Shown here: positions 33,788-44,890 of the stretch, piece after piece | How the letters are laid out: each line of letters opens with the position of its first letter | Numbering within the stretch: position 1 is the first letter of the stretch | Program-made: the position numbers and the translations under genes | Source of the DNA: an uncultured Alphaproteobacteria bacterium | GTDB lineage: Bacteria; Pseudomonadota; Alphaproteobacteria; Rhizobiales; Beijerinckiaceae | Length of the DNA: 64,000 nucleotides | Direction of reading: 5' to 3' | NCBI GenBank assembly: GCA_963829515.1 | Contig: CAWHIP010000021.1 | Location: 3,614 to 67,613, forward strand | Notes under the pieces: generated by a model | The model's input: the letters and a program-made list of their open reading frames with translations, nothing else | Databases searched by the model: none | What the model was told of the DNA's origin: nothing

Positions 33788-34570
33788 ATGGAGTTCATGC
33801 AAAATTACGCCAATCCGACCAATTTCCTGCGCCTCGTCAAGGCCGCGGTCCCGATTCTAGGCGCGCTGACCGGCCTGCTGCTTGGCCTCGGCCTCTATCT
33901 CGCCTGGTTCGTCGCCCCGCCTGATTATCAGCAGGGCGAGACCGTTCGGATCATGTATCTTCATGTGCCGGCCGCCTGGCTTTCAATGTTTGCTTATATG
34001 GTCATGACCTCGGCGGCGCTCGGCACGCTGGTTTGGCGTCATCCGCTGGCCGACGCCGCGCAAAAGGCCGCGGCGCCTCTCGGGGCCGGCTTCACCTTTC
34101 TCTGCCTTGCGACCGGCTCGCTCTGGGGCAAGCCGATGTGGGGCGCGTGGTGGGTTTGGGATGCGCGGCTCACCTCGGTCCTGGTGCTTTTCCTGATTTA
34201 TCTCGGCCTCATCGCGCTGTGGCGGACAATCGAGGATCAAGGCAAGGCGGCGCGCGCGGCGGCGATTTTCACGCTTGTCGGCGCGGTGAATATTCCAATC
34301 ATCAAATTCTCGGTGGACTGGTGGAACACTCTCCATCAGCCAGCCTCCGTCTTCCGCCTTGGCGGCCCCGCGATCGAAGCCTCGATGCTGTGGCCGCTCA
34401 TCGTCATGGCGGCGGCCTTCACGCTCCTATTCGCGACCTTGCATCTGCTCGCCATCCGCAACGAGATCCTGCGCCGCCGGCTGCGCCGCCTGTCGATCCT
34501 CGCCGCCGACGCCGAGGAGAGGGGCCTGACCTACGCCGCGCCTTCCTTGGAGGCCGCCTATGAGCAGTGA
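33788..34570 (+). CDS. ccmC: heme chaperone-loading protein CcmC
   Basis: RIMYLHVPAAW, the WWD motif WGKPMWGAWWVWDARLTS, and WWNTLHQ. Confidence 0.97.
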   Translation: MEFMQNYANPTNFLRLVKAAVPILGALTGLLLGLGLYLAWFVAPPDYQQGETVRIMYLHVPAAWLSMFAYMVMTSAALGTLVWRHPLADAAQKAAAPLGAGFTFLCLATGSLWGKPMWGAWWVWDARLTSVLVLFLIYLGLIALWRTIEDQGKAARAAAIFTLVGAVNIPIIKFSVDWWNTLHQPASVFRLGGPAIEASMLWPLIVMAAAFTLLFATLHLLAIRNEILRRRLRRLSILAADAEERGLTYAAPSLEAAYEQ

Positions 34571-34742
34571 CCCGAATTTCGGCTTCGTCATCGCCGCCTA
34601 CGCCTTGGGCTTCGCCATCGTGGCGAGCATGACTTTGCTGATCTTGCGCGATTATCGGAGCCTGAAACGGGCGCTCGCCCGATTTCCGGCGCGCACCGGC
34701 CGCGATCAGTCCACCGACGCTGAGCGTAAGGGCTGGGAATGA
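34560..34742 (+). CDS. ccmD: heme exporter protein CcmD
   Basis: 60 aa; single TM (FVIAAY...) plus basic tail; lies between ccmC and ccmG. Confidence 0.85.
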   Translation: MSSDPNFGFVIAAYALGFAIVASMTLLILRDYRSLKRALARFPARTGRDQSTDAERKGWE

Positions 34743-35344
34743 ACGCGCGGAAATCGGCTCCCTCGAAGCCGCAAGCCGAGCGGCGGCGTGGCTCGCCCCT
34801 GCTATATATTCCCTTGATCCTCTTCGCGGCGTTGGTCGGGCTTTTTTTCGCGCGGCTCTTTTCCGGCGACGCCTCGCGACTGCCCTCCGCGCTCATCGGC
34901 AAGCAGGTCCCCGCCTTCGCCTTGCCGCCGGTGGAGGGTCTGGCGGATCGACCGGGTTTCTCCGACGCGGATCTTCGCCGTGGCGGCGCAACCCTCGTCA
35001 ATGTCTTCGCCTCCTGGTGCGTCCCCTGCCATCAGGAACATGGGCTGCTGGTGCGGCTCGCCGCCGATCCAGCGCTGACGCAGCGCGGCGTCCGCATCGC
35101 CGGCCTCGCCTATAAGGACGAACCCGCCAATATACGCAGCTTTCTCGGCCAGGATGGCGACCCTTATGCGATGCTCGGCGCCGACCGCAGCGGCCGGGTC
35201 GCGATCGACTGGGGCGTTTACGGCGTGCCGGAAACCTTCATCGTCAAAGGCGACGGCGAAATCGCCTATAGGTTCGTCGGGCCGATCACGGAAGAAGCCT
35301 ACCGGGAGACAATCCTCCCCGAAATCGAGAAAGCGCTGCGCTAA
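34739..35344 (+). CDS. ccmG: thiol:disulfide interchange protein CcmG/DsbE
   Basis: LPSALIGK, NVFASWCVPC and WGVYGVPETF. Confidence 0.95.
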   Translation: MNARKSAPSKPQAERRRGSPLLYIPLILFAALVGLFFARLFSGDASRLPSALIGKQVPAFALPPVEGLADRPGFSDADLRRGGATLVNVFASWCVPCHQEHGLLVRLAADPALTQRGVRIAGLAYKDEPANIRSFLGQDGDPYAMLGADRSGRVAIDWGVYGVPETFIVKGDGEIAYRFVGPITEEAYRETILPEIEKALR

Positions 35345-35457
35345 AACGCGCCCTGGATTCGCTTCGACTTGAAGGGAAACGCCGGGCGCATGTTTGAGGC
35401 AAGCTGGACTGCATAATCCTTGCGCTCGCAGAGAAGCACGCGGCGCAAGGGGCGGCC

Positions 35458-38400
35458 ATGGCAGGATTGACGAGCGAAAAACTTTCCTATGCGCCGACGG
35501 GCTCGCCTGCTCCAAACCAATTGACGATCGCGCTCGAATATTTTCGAGCCGGGCGTTACGACGCCGCGCAAGAGATTTACGCGAGAATTCTCGCGAACGA
35601 GCCGGACCAGTTCGTCTGCCTGCACCATCTCGGCCTGATCGCGCATCAGCGCGGTGAACACGACGTCGCCGAGCGGCTCGTCGAACGGGCGATCGCGGTC
35701 AAGCCCGATTATGTCGAGGCCCATTCCAACCTCAACGCGATCTATCGCGCCTCCGGCCGGACCGATGACGCCCTGGAGACCGCGCGGCGCGCGATAGCCT
35801 TGGACCCGAATTTCGCGCAAGCCCATTCCAATCTCGGCGCGGCTCTCGAGGATCAAGGGCGGCTCGACGACGCCCTCGCCGCCTATCGGCGCGCCGCGGC
35901 GCTCAATCCGACCTTTGTCGAGGCCTACGCCAACGCCGCCAATGTCCTGCGCAAGCTCGGCCGTCCACAGGACGCCATCGCGGCCTGCAACGATATAATC
36001 GCGCATCGGCCGGACGCGGCGACGCCCTATTTCAGCCTCGGCAATATTCTCCGGGATTTGCGCCGGCCGGGACAAGCGATCGAGGCCTATCAGCGCGCGA
36101 TCGAACTGCAGCCAAGTTTCGCCCTGGTCCACGCCAATCTAGGCAATGTCCTGCAAGGCCAGGAGCGCTACGAGGAGGCCGTCGACGCCTATCGCGAAGC
36201 CATCGCCCTGCGCCCGACTCTCGCCGAAGCGCATGTCAATCTGGGCGCCGCGCTCGACAGCCTCGGCAGGATCGACGAGGCGATCCAAGCCTTCCAAAAA
36301 GGGCTTGAGCTCAACCCGCGATTGCTCGCGGTGCGGGCGTGGCTGCATCACAAGCAGCGCTTGATCTGCAATTGGACCGGGCTCGACGCGGAAGAAGCCG
36401 AGCTTCGCGCGCTGATGGAGAACGATCCGACGCCGGTGCATCCTTTCGTGATGCTCGGCCTGCGCGCGAGCGCGGCGGAGCAGCTGCGCAACAGCCGCCG
36501 GTTCGCCGCCAGCGTCGCGGTAGGCGACAAAGCCTTCACGCATCCAAAGGGAGCGCCGGCGCGCGGCCGGAAGCTCAGGATCGGCTATTTGTCGGCGGAT
36601 TTCTGCCGCCATGCGACGGCGCTGCTCGCCGTCGAACTGTTCGAGCGCCATGATTCGTCGCGCTTCGAGATCGCCGCCTATTCGCATGGCGAGGACGATC
36701 ACAGCGAGATGAGCGCGCGGCTGCGGGCGGCGTTCGACCATTTCGTCGAAATCGGCGCCATGTCGGACGACGAGGCCGCAGCGCGAATAAACGCCGATAA
36801 GATCGATATTCTGATCGAATTGAAAGGCTACACCAAAGGCGCGCGCACGGGCATAGCGGCGCGACGGCCGGCGCCCATTCAAGCGAGCTTCCTCGGCTTT
36901 CCCGGAACGATGGGGGCGGAGTTCATCGACTATGTGATCGCCGATCCCTTCGTGCTGCCGATGGATCAGCAGGACGTCTACAGCGAAAAGATCGTTCATC
37001 TGCCGCAGTGCTATCAGCCAAATGACGCGCGCCGGCTGATCGCCGACCTCACGCCGTCCCGAAGCGAATGCGGCCTGCCCGAACAGGGCTTCGTCTTTTG
37101 CTCGTTCAACAACAGCTACAAGATCACGCCTGAATTCTTCGACGTCTGGATGCGTCTCCTGACCGAAGTTCCCGGAAGCGTCCTTTGGCTCTTGGAGACG
37201 AATGAGCTGGTCAGGGGCAATCTCGCCAAGGAAGCCGCCAAACGCGGCGTCGATCCCCAGCGTCTCGTCTTCGCGCCCAAGCTGCAATCGCCGGAGCATC
37301 TCGCCCGCCACCGGCTCGCGGATCTCTTTCTCGACACCTTGCCCTATAACGCCCATACGACGGCGAGCGACGCCTTATGGGCGGGCCTCCCCGTCCTGAC
37401 TTGCGCGGGAGACACATTCGCGGGACGGGTCGCGGGCAGCCTCCTTCATGCGGTCGGCCTGCCCGAGCTGGTAGCCGCCTCGCTGCCCGCCTATGAAACG
37501 CTGGCTTTGCGTCTCGCGCGGGAGCCCGGACTGCTGGAGCGCACGCGTCACAAACTTGTCGGCAATCGGCTGCGCGCGCCCCTCTTCGACTCCGCCGCCT
37601 ATACGCGCGGCTTCGAGGCCGCGCTCGAGAAAATGTGGGAGACCCATGCGCAAGGGCTGGAGCCGCGTCCCTTCGCCATCGCTCCTTCGATCGCCGCCGA
37701 TCCGCCGACGCCGACGATCCGGCGGCTCGCCTATCTCGCCTGTCCGCTCTGCGACGGCGCGGAGATTCCGATCATCCTCGACGCCGATTGCTCAAAACAT
37801 CCGATCTACCAACCGTCGCTTCCGCCGAGCATGACATGGCGCGAATGCCAAAGCTGCGGGCATATCTTCACCGAGGGCTATTTCAACGCCGAGGCCGCCG
37901 CGGTCCTATTTTCGAAGACGCACCCCAATCAGACCGTCGGCTACGACATGGAGCGGCAGCGGGCGGTCTCGGCGCGGATCGTCGAGCGGGTCGCGCGCCA
38001 TGGGCCGAACGGCGACTGGCTCGACGTCGGCTTCGGCAGCGGCTCGCTTCTCTTCGCGGCCGAGGAATGGGGCTATACGCCGGTCGGGCTCGACCTGCGC
38101 GAGGACGGCGTTCGCGACTTGAGCGGCCTCGGCTACGAGGCGCATCGCCTCCCGATCAAGGAGTTCCGCCATGACGAACGCTTCAGCGTGATCAGCATGG
38201 CCGACGTGCTCGAACATACGCCGTTCCCGAAAGCCGGCCTGGTTGCGGCGCGCCGGCTGCTGCGTCCGAATGGCGTCCTTTTCCTGTCGATGCCGAACAT
38301 GGACAATATGGTCTGGCGCCTGCTCCATGCCAATAAAGTGAATCCCTATTGGGGCGAGATCGAGCATTATCACAATTTCACCCGCAAGCGCCTCTACGCC

Positions 38401-38493
38401 CTCTTGGCGGAGCAAGGATTCAAGCCGGTGGAGTATCATGTCAGCGAGCGCTACCGTGTCTGCATGGAGGTGATCGCAGTCAAGCAGGGATGA
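35458..38493 (+). CDS. TPR + GT41 (O-GlcNAc transferase/SPINDLY-like) + C-terminal Zn-ribbon class I SAM methyltransferase
   Basis: About 8-9 TPRs; LRIGYLSADFCRHA, RPAPIQ..LGFPGT, SFNNSYKIT and DTLPYNAHTTASDALWAGLPVLT; then CPLC...CQSC, LDVGFGSG and DVLEH. Confidence 0.9.
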   Translation: MAGLTSEKLSYAPTGSPAPNQLTIALEYFRAGRYDAAQEIYARILANEPDQFVCLHHLGLIAHQRGEHDVAERLVERAIAVKPDYVEAHSNLNAIYRASGRTDDALETARRAIALDPNFAQAHSNLGAALEDQGRLDDALAAYRRAAALNPTFVEAYANAANVLRKLGRPQDAIAACNDIIAHRPDAATPYFSLGNILRDLRRPGQAIEAYQRAIELQPSFALVHANLGNVLQGQERYEEAVDAYREAIALRPTLAEAHVNLGAALDSLGRIDEAIQAFQKGLELNPRLLAVRAWLHHKQRLICNWTGLDAEEAELRALMENDPTPVHPFVMLGLRASAAEQLRNSRRFAASVAVGDKAFTHPKGAPARGRKLRIGYLSADFCRHATALLAVELFERHDSSRFEIAAYSHGEDDHSEMSARLRAAFDHFVEIGAMSDDEAAARINADKIDILIELKGYTKGARTGIAARRPAPIQASFLGFPGTMGAEFIDYVIADPFVLPMDQQDVYSEKIVHLPQCYQPNDARRLIADLTPSRSECGLPEQGFVFCSFNNSYKITPEFFDVWMRLLTEVPGSVLWLLETNELVRGNLAKEAAKRGVDPQRLVFAPKLQSPEHLARHRLADLFLDTLPYNAHTTASDALWAGLPVLTCAGDTFAGRVAGSLLHAVGLPELVAASLPAYETLALRLAREPGLLERTRHKLVGNRLRAPLFDSAAYTRGFEAALEKMWETHAQGLEPRPFAIAPSIAADPPTPTIRRLAYLACPLCDGAEIPIILDADCSKHPIYQPSLPPSMTWRECQSCGHIFTEGYFNAEAAAVLFSKTHPNQTVGYDMERQRAVSARIVERVARHGPNGDWLDVGFGSGSLLFAAEEWGYTPVGLDLREDGVRDLSGLGYEAHRLPIKEFRHDERFSVISMADVLEHTPFPKAGLVAARRLLRPNGVLFLSMPNMDNMVWRLLHANKVNPYWGEIEHYHNFTRKRLYALLAEQGFKPVEYHVSERYRVCMEVIAVKQG

Positions 38494-39029
38494 ATGTCGG
38501 GATGAGAAGGATCAAAGCGCCCGTCGGCGACAAGTTTCGCGGCCTCGCGCTATGCCTCCGGCGCGCCGGAACCATGCATGAGCTTAAGTATAGAATAGAA
38601 ACTCCTCCGAATTCATCTGTCTGTTTAACAAAAAAGCAACGCTCATCCATTAGAAATATATCTAATTGAGGCCGCCGTGTCCGAAAATTGGGGAGTCGCA
38701 TCTTTCTGGATAAGATTATATGTCTTCGCTTGGCTGCTCGCGGCCCAATTCGCCGGCCGAATTGGCGGTTGGATAATTAGAAAAATATATGGTAGTTTTA
38801 AGCATAATATATTCTTGAGAACTAAGACATAAAAGCTATTATATTGTTTAATATTACATCATGACTTGGATAAGACGCTCCAAGGATTAAAAGCCGGACG
38901 CGCCGCGGCGTTTTCCTGCCCTTTAACGCCAATTCGAGTTTGCCGCCGCGTGAGTTCACCCTCGAGCCCCGGCCAGCTTGCGCCTCGCCGCCCCTTCGTC
39001 TATGCCCCTGCCTTCGCCGGATCTAAGTT

Positions 39030-39539
39030 TTGGACCGCCATTTGTCCGCCACCGAAAAACCCGTCTCCATCATTATGGGTAGCGAATCGGATTGGGAGAC
39101 GATGCGGCATGCCGCCGCGCTCCTCGACGAACTCAAGATCGGCTACGAAACCTTGATCATCTCGGCGCATCGCACGCCCGACCGCCTCGTCGCCTTCGCC
39201 AAGGGGGCCAAGGCGGCGGGCCATAAAATCATTGTCGCGGGCGCCGGCGGCGCGGCGCATCTGCCCGGCATGACCGCGGCCTTCACCGAGCTTCCGGTTC
39301 TCGGCGTGCCGATCGAAACCAAAGCGCTGCACGGGCAGGATTCGCTTTACTCGATCGTTCAAATGCCCGCCGGCGTCCCGGTTGGAGCCTTGGCGATCGG
39401 CAAGGCCGGCGCGATCAACGCCGCGCTGCTCGCCGCCGCGATCCTCGCCCTGGCCGACCCCACGGTCGAAACCCGTTTGTCCGCCTGGCGCGCGGCGCAA
39501 ACCGAAGCCGTCGCCAAACGGCCCCCGGCCGAGAGCTGA
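39030..39539 (+). CDS. purE: N5-CAIR mutase
   Basis: [26 protein letters not shown] and [12 protein letters not shown]. Confidence 0.97.
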   Translation: MDRHLSATEKPVSIIMGSESDWETMRHAAALLDELKIGYETLIISAHRTPDRLVAFAKGAKAAGHKIIVAGAGGAAHLPGMTAAFTELPVLGVPIETKALHGQDSLYSIVQMPAGVPVGALAIGKAGAINAALLAAAILALADPTVETRLSAWRAAQTEAVAKRPPAES

Positions 39540-39546
39540 AGCCGCC

Positions 39547-40644
39547 ATGTCCTTCGCACTCGTTCCCGGCGCGACGATTGGGATTCTCGGCGGCGGTCAA
39601 TTGGGGCGGATGCTTGCGCTCGCCGCCGCCCGCTTGGGCCTCAAGACGCATATTTATTCGAACGACCTCGACAGTCCGGCCTTCGACGTCAGCGCCGCGC
39701 GTACCTTCGCGCCTTATGAGGATGAAAAGGCGTTGGCGGAATTCGCCGCCAATGTCGACGCGGTCACCTATGAATTCGAGAACGTGCCGGCCCGGACGGC
39801 GGCGCTTCTCGCCGATCTCGGCGTCGTGCGGCCCGGCCCGGAGGTCTTGGCGACCTGTCAGGACAGGCTCGTCGAAAAGGAGTTTCTCACCGCCAATGGC
39901 GTCGCGACTGCAGCCTATTTGCGCGTCGACGACGCCGGCTCTCTCGCCCGCGCGGTGGCGCAACTGGGTCGCCCCTCAATCCTCAAGACCCGTCGTTTCG
40001 GCTATGACGGCAAGGGCCAGGTTCTCGTCCGCGAAGGCGCTGATCTCGCCGTGACCTTCCGTTCGCTCGGCGGCGTCCCCGCGATTCTCGAGGCCATCGT
40101 GCCCTTCGCCAAGGAAGTTTCGGTTGTCGCCGCGCGCGGCCAGGACGGCCAATTCGCCGCCTATGACGTTTGCGAGAACGCGCATGAGAACCATATCCTG
40201 AAATTCACCCGCGCGCCCGCGCGCCTGGATCCGGAAACCGCCGCCGAGGCGGTCCGGCTCACGCGCGCAATCGCCGACGCGCTTGATTATGTCGGAATCC
40301 TCGCCGTCGAAATATTCGTGGTCGACCCAACGGGCGGCGCTGGCGACGGTCCCGCCGAGCTCCGCGTCAACGAGATCGCTCCCCGCGTCCATAATTCCGG
40401 CCATTGGACGCTGGACGGAGCCCTGACCTCTCAGTTCGAGCAGCATGTCAGAGCCGTCGCCGGCTGGCCGCTCGGCGCGACCCGGCGTCACGGGGAAAGC
40501 GTCGAAATGTGGAATTTGATCGGCGAGGAGGTCTTCGCCTGGGAGCAGATCCTGCGCGAGCCAGGCGCGAGCCTCCATCTCTACGGCAAGGCCGAAGCGC
40601 GGCCTGGCCGAAAAATGGGTCATGTGACGCGCATCGCGCCTTGA
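39547..40644 (+). CDS. purK: N5-CAIR synthase
   Basis: [37 protein letters not shown] and KMGHVT. Confidence 0.97.
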   Translation: MSFALVPGATIGILGGGQLGRMLALAAARLGLKTHIYSNDLDSPAFDVSAARTFAPYEDEKALAEFAANVDAVTYEFENVPARTAALLADLGVVRPGPEVLATCQDRLVEKEFLTANGVATAAYLRVDDAGSLARAVAQLGRPSILKTRRFGYDGKGQVLVREGADLAVTFRSLGGVPAILEAIVPFAKEVSVVAARGQDGQFAAYDVCENAHENHILKFTRAPARLDPETAAEAVRLTRAIADALDYVGILAVEIFVVDPTGGAGDGPAELRVNEIAPRVHNSGHWTLDGALTSQFEQHVRAVAGWPLGATRRHGESVEMWNLIGEEVFAWEQILREPGASLHLYGKAEARPGRKMGHVTRIAP

Positions 40645-40879
40645 CGCGAGTGAGCTGAATCAGGCCTGGATTCAAGACGGCGCCGCTATATTCTCAGTTT
40701 TCGCGACGCGACGGGCGCGGCGGCGGAACGCGCATCGGCTCTGGACAGAAACGCCCGAGTCTGGTATCCGCGTCTACTCTGGGATCCGGCGCTTTACAGC
40801 GCCCGGTTTTTTGTTCCGTCTTTTTCAGTCAGCTTCGTCGCGGCATGCGAAAGCGTGGCGACATATCAAGGACTTTTGC

Positions 40880-41119
40880 GTGCAAGTTCTCGTTCGCGAC
40901 AATAATGTCGACCAGGCTCTCAAGGCGCTCAAGAAAAAAATGCAGCGCGAGGGCATTTTCCGCGAGATGAAGCTCCGCGGCCATTACGAAAAGCCTTCGG
41001 AAAAACGAGCCCGCGAAAAAGCCGAGGCCGTGCGGCGCGCCCGCAAATTGGCGCGCAAGAAAATGCAGCGGGAAGGCCTGTTGCCCATGAAGCCGAAACC
41101 CGTTCTGGGGGTTCGTTGA
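40880..41119 (+). CDS. rpsU: 30S ribosomal protein S21
   Basis: GTG start; (M)[24 protein letters not shown]...YEKPSE. Confidence 0.96.
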   Translation: MQVLVRDNNVDQALKALKKKMQREGIFREMKLRGHYEKPSEKRAREKAEAVRRARKLARKKMQREGLLPMKPKPVLGVR

Positions 41120-41228
41120 TTTTCACCGCGCCGGCGACGGCGCGCCCGGCGCAATGCGCTTGGCGCTCTCGCAACCGGGCGGCGTCCGTTCCGCGGTGAA
41201 GAATTGATCGGCTGGGTCGGCAAGCGTC

Positions 41229-42173
41229 ATGAAACGAACGTTTGAAACAGCCTTGCCCGATGCGTCGCGATGCGTGCGATGCGCATCCATCGCGGCTTCC
41301 TTAACATGGTTTGCATCTTGGCTTGCGTCCCTGCGACAGTGGGCGCTACCTTACTCGCTGATCGCCACGGCGTCATTCGCGCTCGCCGGCTGCGAATCGA
41401 CCAGCAATCTCATCGGCAAGGCCGGGACCGGGGTCGCCGAGGTCGCGAACCAATCACCGCAAGAGGCCTCCGCCAATCTCGCTTCCTTGAGCGAGGTCGT
41501 GCAGCGCAATCCTGGCAGCGCCGAAGCCTATAACACCCGTGGCGTCGCCTATGCGCGGATCGGCAAATTCCCGGAAGCGATCGCGGATTTCAACCAGTCG
41601 ATCAAGCTTTCGCCCGACAATGCGGCCTCTCTCACCAATCGCGCGCTGGCCTATCGCCAGGTGAACCGCAACGACGCCGCGCTGGCCGATTTCAATCGCG
41701 CCATTGCGGCCGACCCAAACCACGCGCCGGCCTATCTCGGCCGCGCCAATCTGCTGCGCGCGCAAGGCAATCTCGACGAGGCCCGCGCCGATCTCGATCA
41801 GGCGATCAAGCTCAATCCGGAAAACGCCCAGGCGTTTCACGCAAGAGGGCTCATCTATCAGCGGGAGGGCAATCACCCGCAGGCGATCACCGATTTCGAC
41901 AATGCGATCGATCGCGACCCCTTCGCCGGCGCGCCCTATCAGGCCCGCGGCCAAAGCCTCATCGCCATCGGCAAGCCGGACAAGGCGATCGAGGATTTCA
42001 ACGCGGCGCTCAATGTCGACAATAAGAACGCCGAAGCCTGGGCCGGGCTGGGGCTCGCCTATGAAAAATCCGGCAATCGCGCCAAGGCGATCGAATCCTA
42101 TCAGCGCGCCCTCGTGTTCGACCCCAATAATCAGCTCGCCAAGGAAGGCGTCGCCCGCGCTGGGCGGGCTTAG
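41229..42173 (+). CDS. TPR-repeat lipoprotein
   Basis: ALAGC lipobox; about 7 TPRs (AYNTRG..AIADFN..). Confidence 0.85.
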   Translation: MKRTFETALPDASRCVRCASIAASLTWFASWLASLRQWALPYSLIATASFALAGCESTSNLIGKAGTGVAEVANQSPQEASANLASLSEVVQRNPGSAEAYNTRGVAYARIGKFPEAIADFNQSIKLSPDNAASLTNRALAYRQVNRNDAALADFNRAIAADPNHAPAYLGRANLLRAQGNLDEARADLDQAIKLNPENAQAFHARGLIYQREGNHPQAITDFDNAIDRDPFAGAPYQARGQSLIAIGKPDKAIEDFNAALNVDNKNAEAWAGLGLAYEKSGNRAKAIESYQRALVFDPNNQLAKEGVARAGRA

Positions 42174-42252
42174 CCGCATTGGCAAAACTTTAAGACAGCG
42201 GGCGGCTGAGGGATGCGCCGGGGCCGCCCGACCTCGGCTTGTTTGACCCCCC

Positions 42253-43473
42253 TTACGCCGCCTTCGCGCCGCGCAACGCCTCGACGCCCGGCAGAAGCTT
42301 TCCTTCGAGCCATTCGAGAAAGGCGCCGCCGGCCGTCGAGACATAGGTGAAGTCATGATAGGCGTCGGCTTTGTTCAGCGCCGCGATCGTGTCGCCGCCG
42401 CCGGCGATGGTCTCGAGCGCATGGACCCTGGTCAGCAGGGCCGCGACCTTGGCGATCGCAACCGTGCCGGTGTCGAAGGGCGGAATCTCGAAAGCGCCGA
42501 CGGGTCCGTTCCAGACGACGGTCCGCGCCTCGGAGAGAATGCCGACGACTTTTGAGATGGTGCGCGGTCCGATGTCGAGAATCATGTCGGAAGAGCCGAC
42601 CGCATCGATAGCGACCGCGCGCACGCTCGCATTCGGCTCCAGTTTCGAGGCGACAATGGCGTCGACCGGAAGAACGAGCTGGCAATTCGCCGCATCGGCG
42701 TCGGCCAGGATCTTGCGCGCGACTTCGGCAAGCTGCATCTCGCAAAGCGACGTGCCGACCGCCTTTCCGCTCGCGGCGAGGAAGGTGTTGGCCATTCCGC
42801 CGCCGATAAACAAATAGTCGACGCGGCGCATCAAATTGCCGAGAAGTTCGAGCTTGGTCGAGACCTTGGCGCCGCCGACGATCGCGGCCAGCGGGCGCTC
42901 CGGATGCGCCAGCATGCTGGTCAGCATTTCGAGCTCGAGCTGCATGGTGCGTCCGGCATAGGCCGGCAGCCTATGCGCGATCCCCTCGGTCGAGGCATGC
43001 GCGCGATGCGAGGTCGAAAACGCGTCATTGACGTAAATATCGCCGAGCTCGGCCAGAGCGTTGACGAAGGCCGGATCGTTCCTGGCTTCGCCGGCGTGGA
43101 ACCGTGTATTTTCGAGCAGAAGAATGTCGCCGTCCCGCAAGGCGTTGACGGCGCTTTTCGCGACGTCGCCAATGCAATCCGAGGCGAAATAGACCATGCG
43201 GCCGAGCTCATGCTCAAGGGCGACGGCGACCGGCTTCAGCGAGGTTTCCCGCTCCGGCCCTTTCGGGCGCCCGAGATGGGACAATATGATGACCCGGCCG
43301 CCCTTGCTGGAAATCTCGCGAATGTTCGAGAGGATTCGCTCGATGCGGGTCGAATTGGTGATCCGGCCGTTCTCCATCGGGACATTGAGGTCAACGCGCA
43401 CAAGAACGCGTTTCCCTTTCACGACCACATCGTTAAGAGTTGGAAATGGAGACAAAGGAGCGGATTTCGTCAT
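42253..43473 (-). CDS. pgk: phosphoglycerate kinase
   Basis: RVDLNVP, LSHLGRP, LLENTRF, GGAKV, GGGDT and STAGGAFLE. Confidence 0.97.
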   Translation of the reverse strand: MTKSAPLSPFPTLNDVVVKGKRVLVRVDLNVPMENGRITNSTRIERILSNIREISSKGGRVIILSHLGRPKGPERETSLKPVAVALEHELGRMVYFASDCIGDVAKSAVNALRDGDILLLENTRFHAGEARNDPAFVNALAELGDIYVNDAFSTSHRAHASTEGIAHRLPAYAGRTMQLELEMLTSMLAHPERPLAAIVGGAKVSTKLELLGNLMRRVDYLFIGGGMANTFLAASGKAVGTSLCEMQLAEVARKILADADAANCQLVLPVDAIVASKLEPNASVRAVAIDAVGSSDMILDIGPRTISKVVGILSEARTVVWNGPVGAFEIPPFDTGTVAIAKVAALLTRVHALETIAGGGDTIAALNKADAYHDFTYVSTAGGAFLEWLEGKLLPGVEALRGAKAA

Positions 43474-44479
43474 AAAAGCTTCCCCAGCGCCGACTGCGAC
43501 ATCAACCATGCGGTTCGAATAGCCCCATTCATTATCGTACCAGGACACGACCCGCACGAAGGAGCCGTCCAACACGCGCGTCTGATCCGATGTGAAAAAT
43601 CGACGAATGCGGGTCGTGATTGAAGTCGGCCGACACATTGGGGCTATCAGTGAAGGTCAGAACGCCTTTCAGCTCCTGTTGGGCGGCGCGTTTCACGATT
43701 TCCGTGATCTCCTCGGCGCTGGTCGTCCGCTTGGCGACGAACTTGAAGTCGATGATGGAGACGTTCGGCGTCGGCACGCGGATCGCCGCGCCATCAAGCT
43801 TGCCGTTCAGCTCGGGCAGGACGAGGCCGACCGCCTTGGCCGCGCCTGTCGAAGTCGGAATCATCGACAGCGCGGCGGCGCGCGCCCGATAGAGATCCTT
43901 GTGGAGCGTATCGAGCGTCGGCTGATCGCCGGTGTAGGAATGGATCGTCGTCATGAATCCTTTCTCGATGCCGATCGCGTCATTCAGGACCTTTGCGACC
44001 GGAGCGAGGCAATTCGTGGTGCAAGACGCGTTGGAGACGACGAGATGATCCTTCGTAAGCTTGTCGTGATTGACGCCAAAGACCACGGTCAGGTCGGCCT
44101 TGTCCCCCGGGGCCGAGATCAGGACGCGCTTGGCCCCCGCCTTCAAATGCGCGGCGGCTTTTTCCCGCGAGGTGAAAAGGCCGGTGCATTCGAGCGCGAT
44201 GTCGACGCCGAGCTCCTTATGCGGCAATTCATGCGGATCGCGGACCGCCGTGACCTTGATCGGCCCATCGCCGATGTCGATCGTGTCGTTCGTGACCTTG
44301 ACTTCGCCGGGAAACCGGCCGTGAACGGAATCGAATCGCAAGAGATGGGCGTTGGTCTCGACCGGACCAAGATCATTAATGGCGACAACCTGAATGTCCC
44401 TGCGTCCAGACTCGGCGATCGCCCGCAAGACATTGCGGCCGATGCGGCCGAAACCATTGATAGCGACTTTGACCGCCAT
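43470..44479 (-). CDS. gap: glyceraldehyde-3-phosphate dehydrogenase (two +1 frameshifts near the 3' end, ~43590 and ~43490)
   Basis: [28 protein letters not shown] and [11 protein letters not shown]. Removing one base at each site restores the C-terminus VAVALGKLL* with an ATGA overlap into pgk. Confidence 0.93.
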
Positions 44480-44774
44480 CCGTATTGCTCCTTGTCTTCC
44501 GCCGGCTCGGACCGAACCAGCGGCTTGCCATCATGGATCGGTTTTATGGCGCGGCTTGCAATGACCGTCAATTATTGTTGCGCCGCAGCACAAAGTTTAA
44601 ATGCGCCTTGCGACAAAGCGCAAAACGGTTTGTGAAAGTTCTTGTAAAATATTTTCAAAGATCCTTAGCGGCCGCAACAGTTTCGATGCTCATCCATCCG
44701 GCGCGAAATACTTTAATCCGATAAAGTTTCGCCGCGGATGCCACGCGCGGCGTGAAACGCGGCTTATGCGGAGA

Positions 44775-44890
44775 TTGGAGCGGATCGCGAAAAAGTTGAT
44801 CGACTTTTTTCGAACCCGCCATGCTCCAACTCATTAAATTTGGGCGAATCCGTTTCAGGCCGTCAAGGCGGCCGGATTGATGCGCCCCAA
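44775..44890. repeat. palindromic intergenic element, degenerate copy 3 (opposite orientation)
   Basis: TTGGAGC...GAAAAAGTTGATCGACTTTTT...CATGCTCCAACT...GCCCCAA matches the reverse complement of copy 1. Confidence 0.7.

Noticed and set aside
42253-43638. Apparent GAPDH C-terminus fused to PGK in the ORF track
   Set aside because: Two single-base insertions explain it; removing them restores a normal gap C-terminus with a TGA overlapping the pgk ATG.
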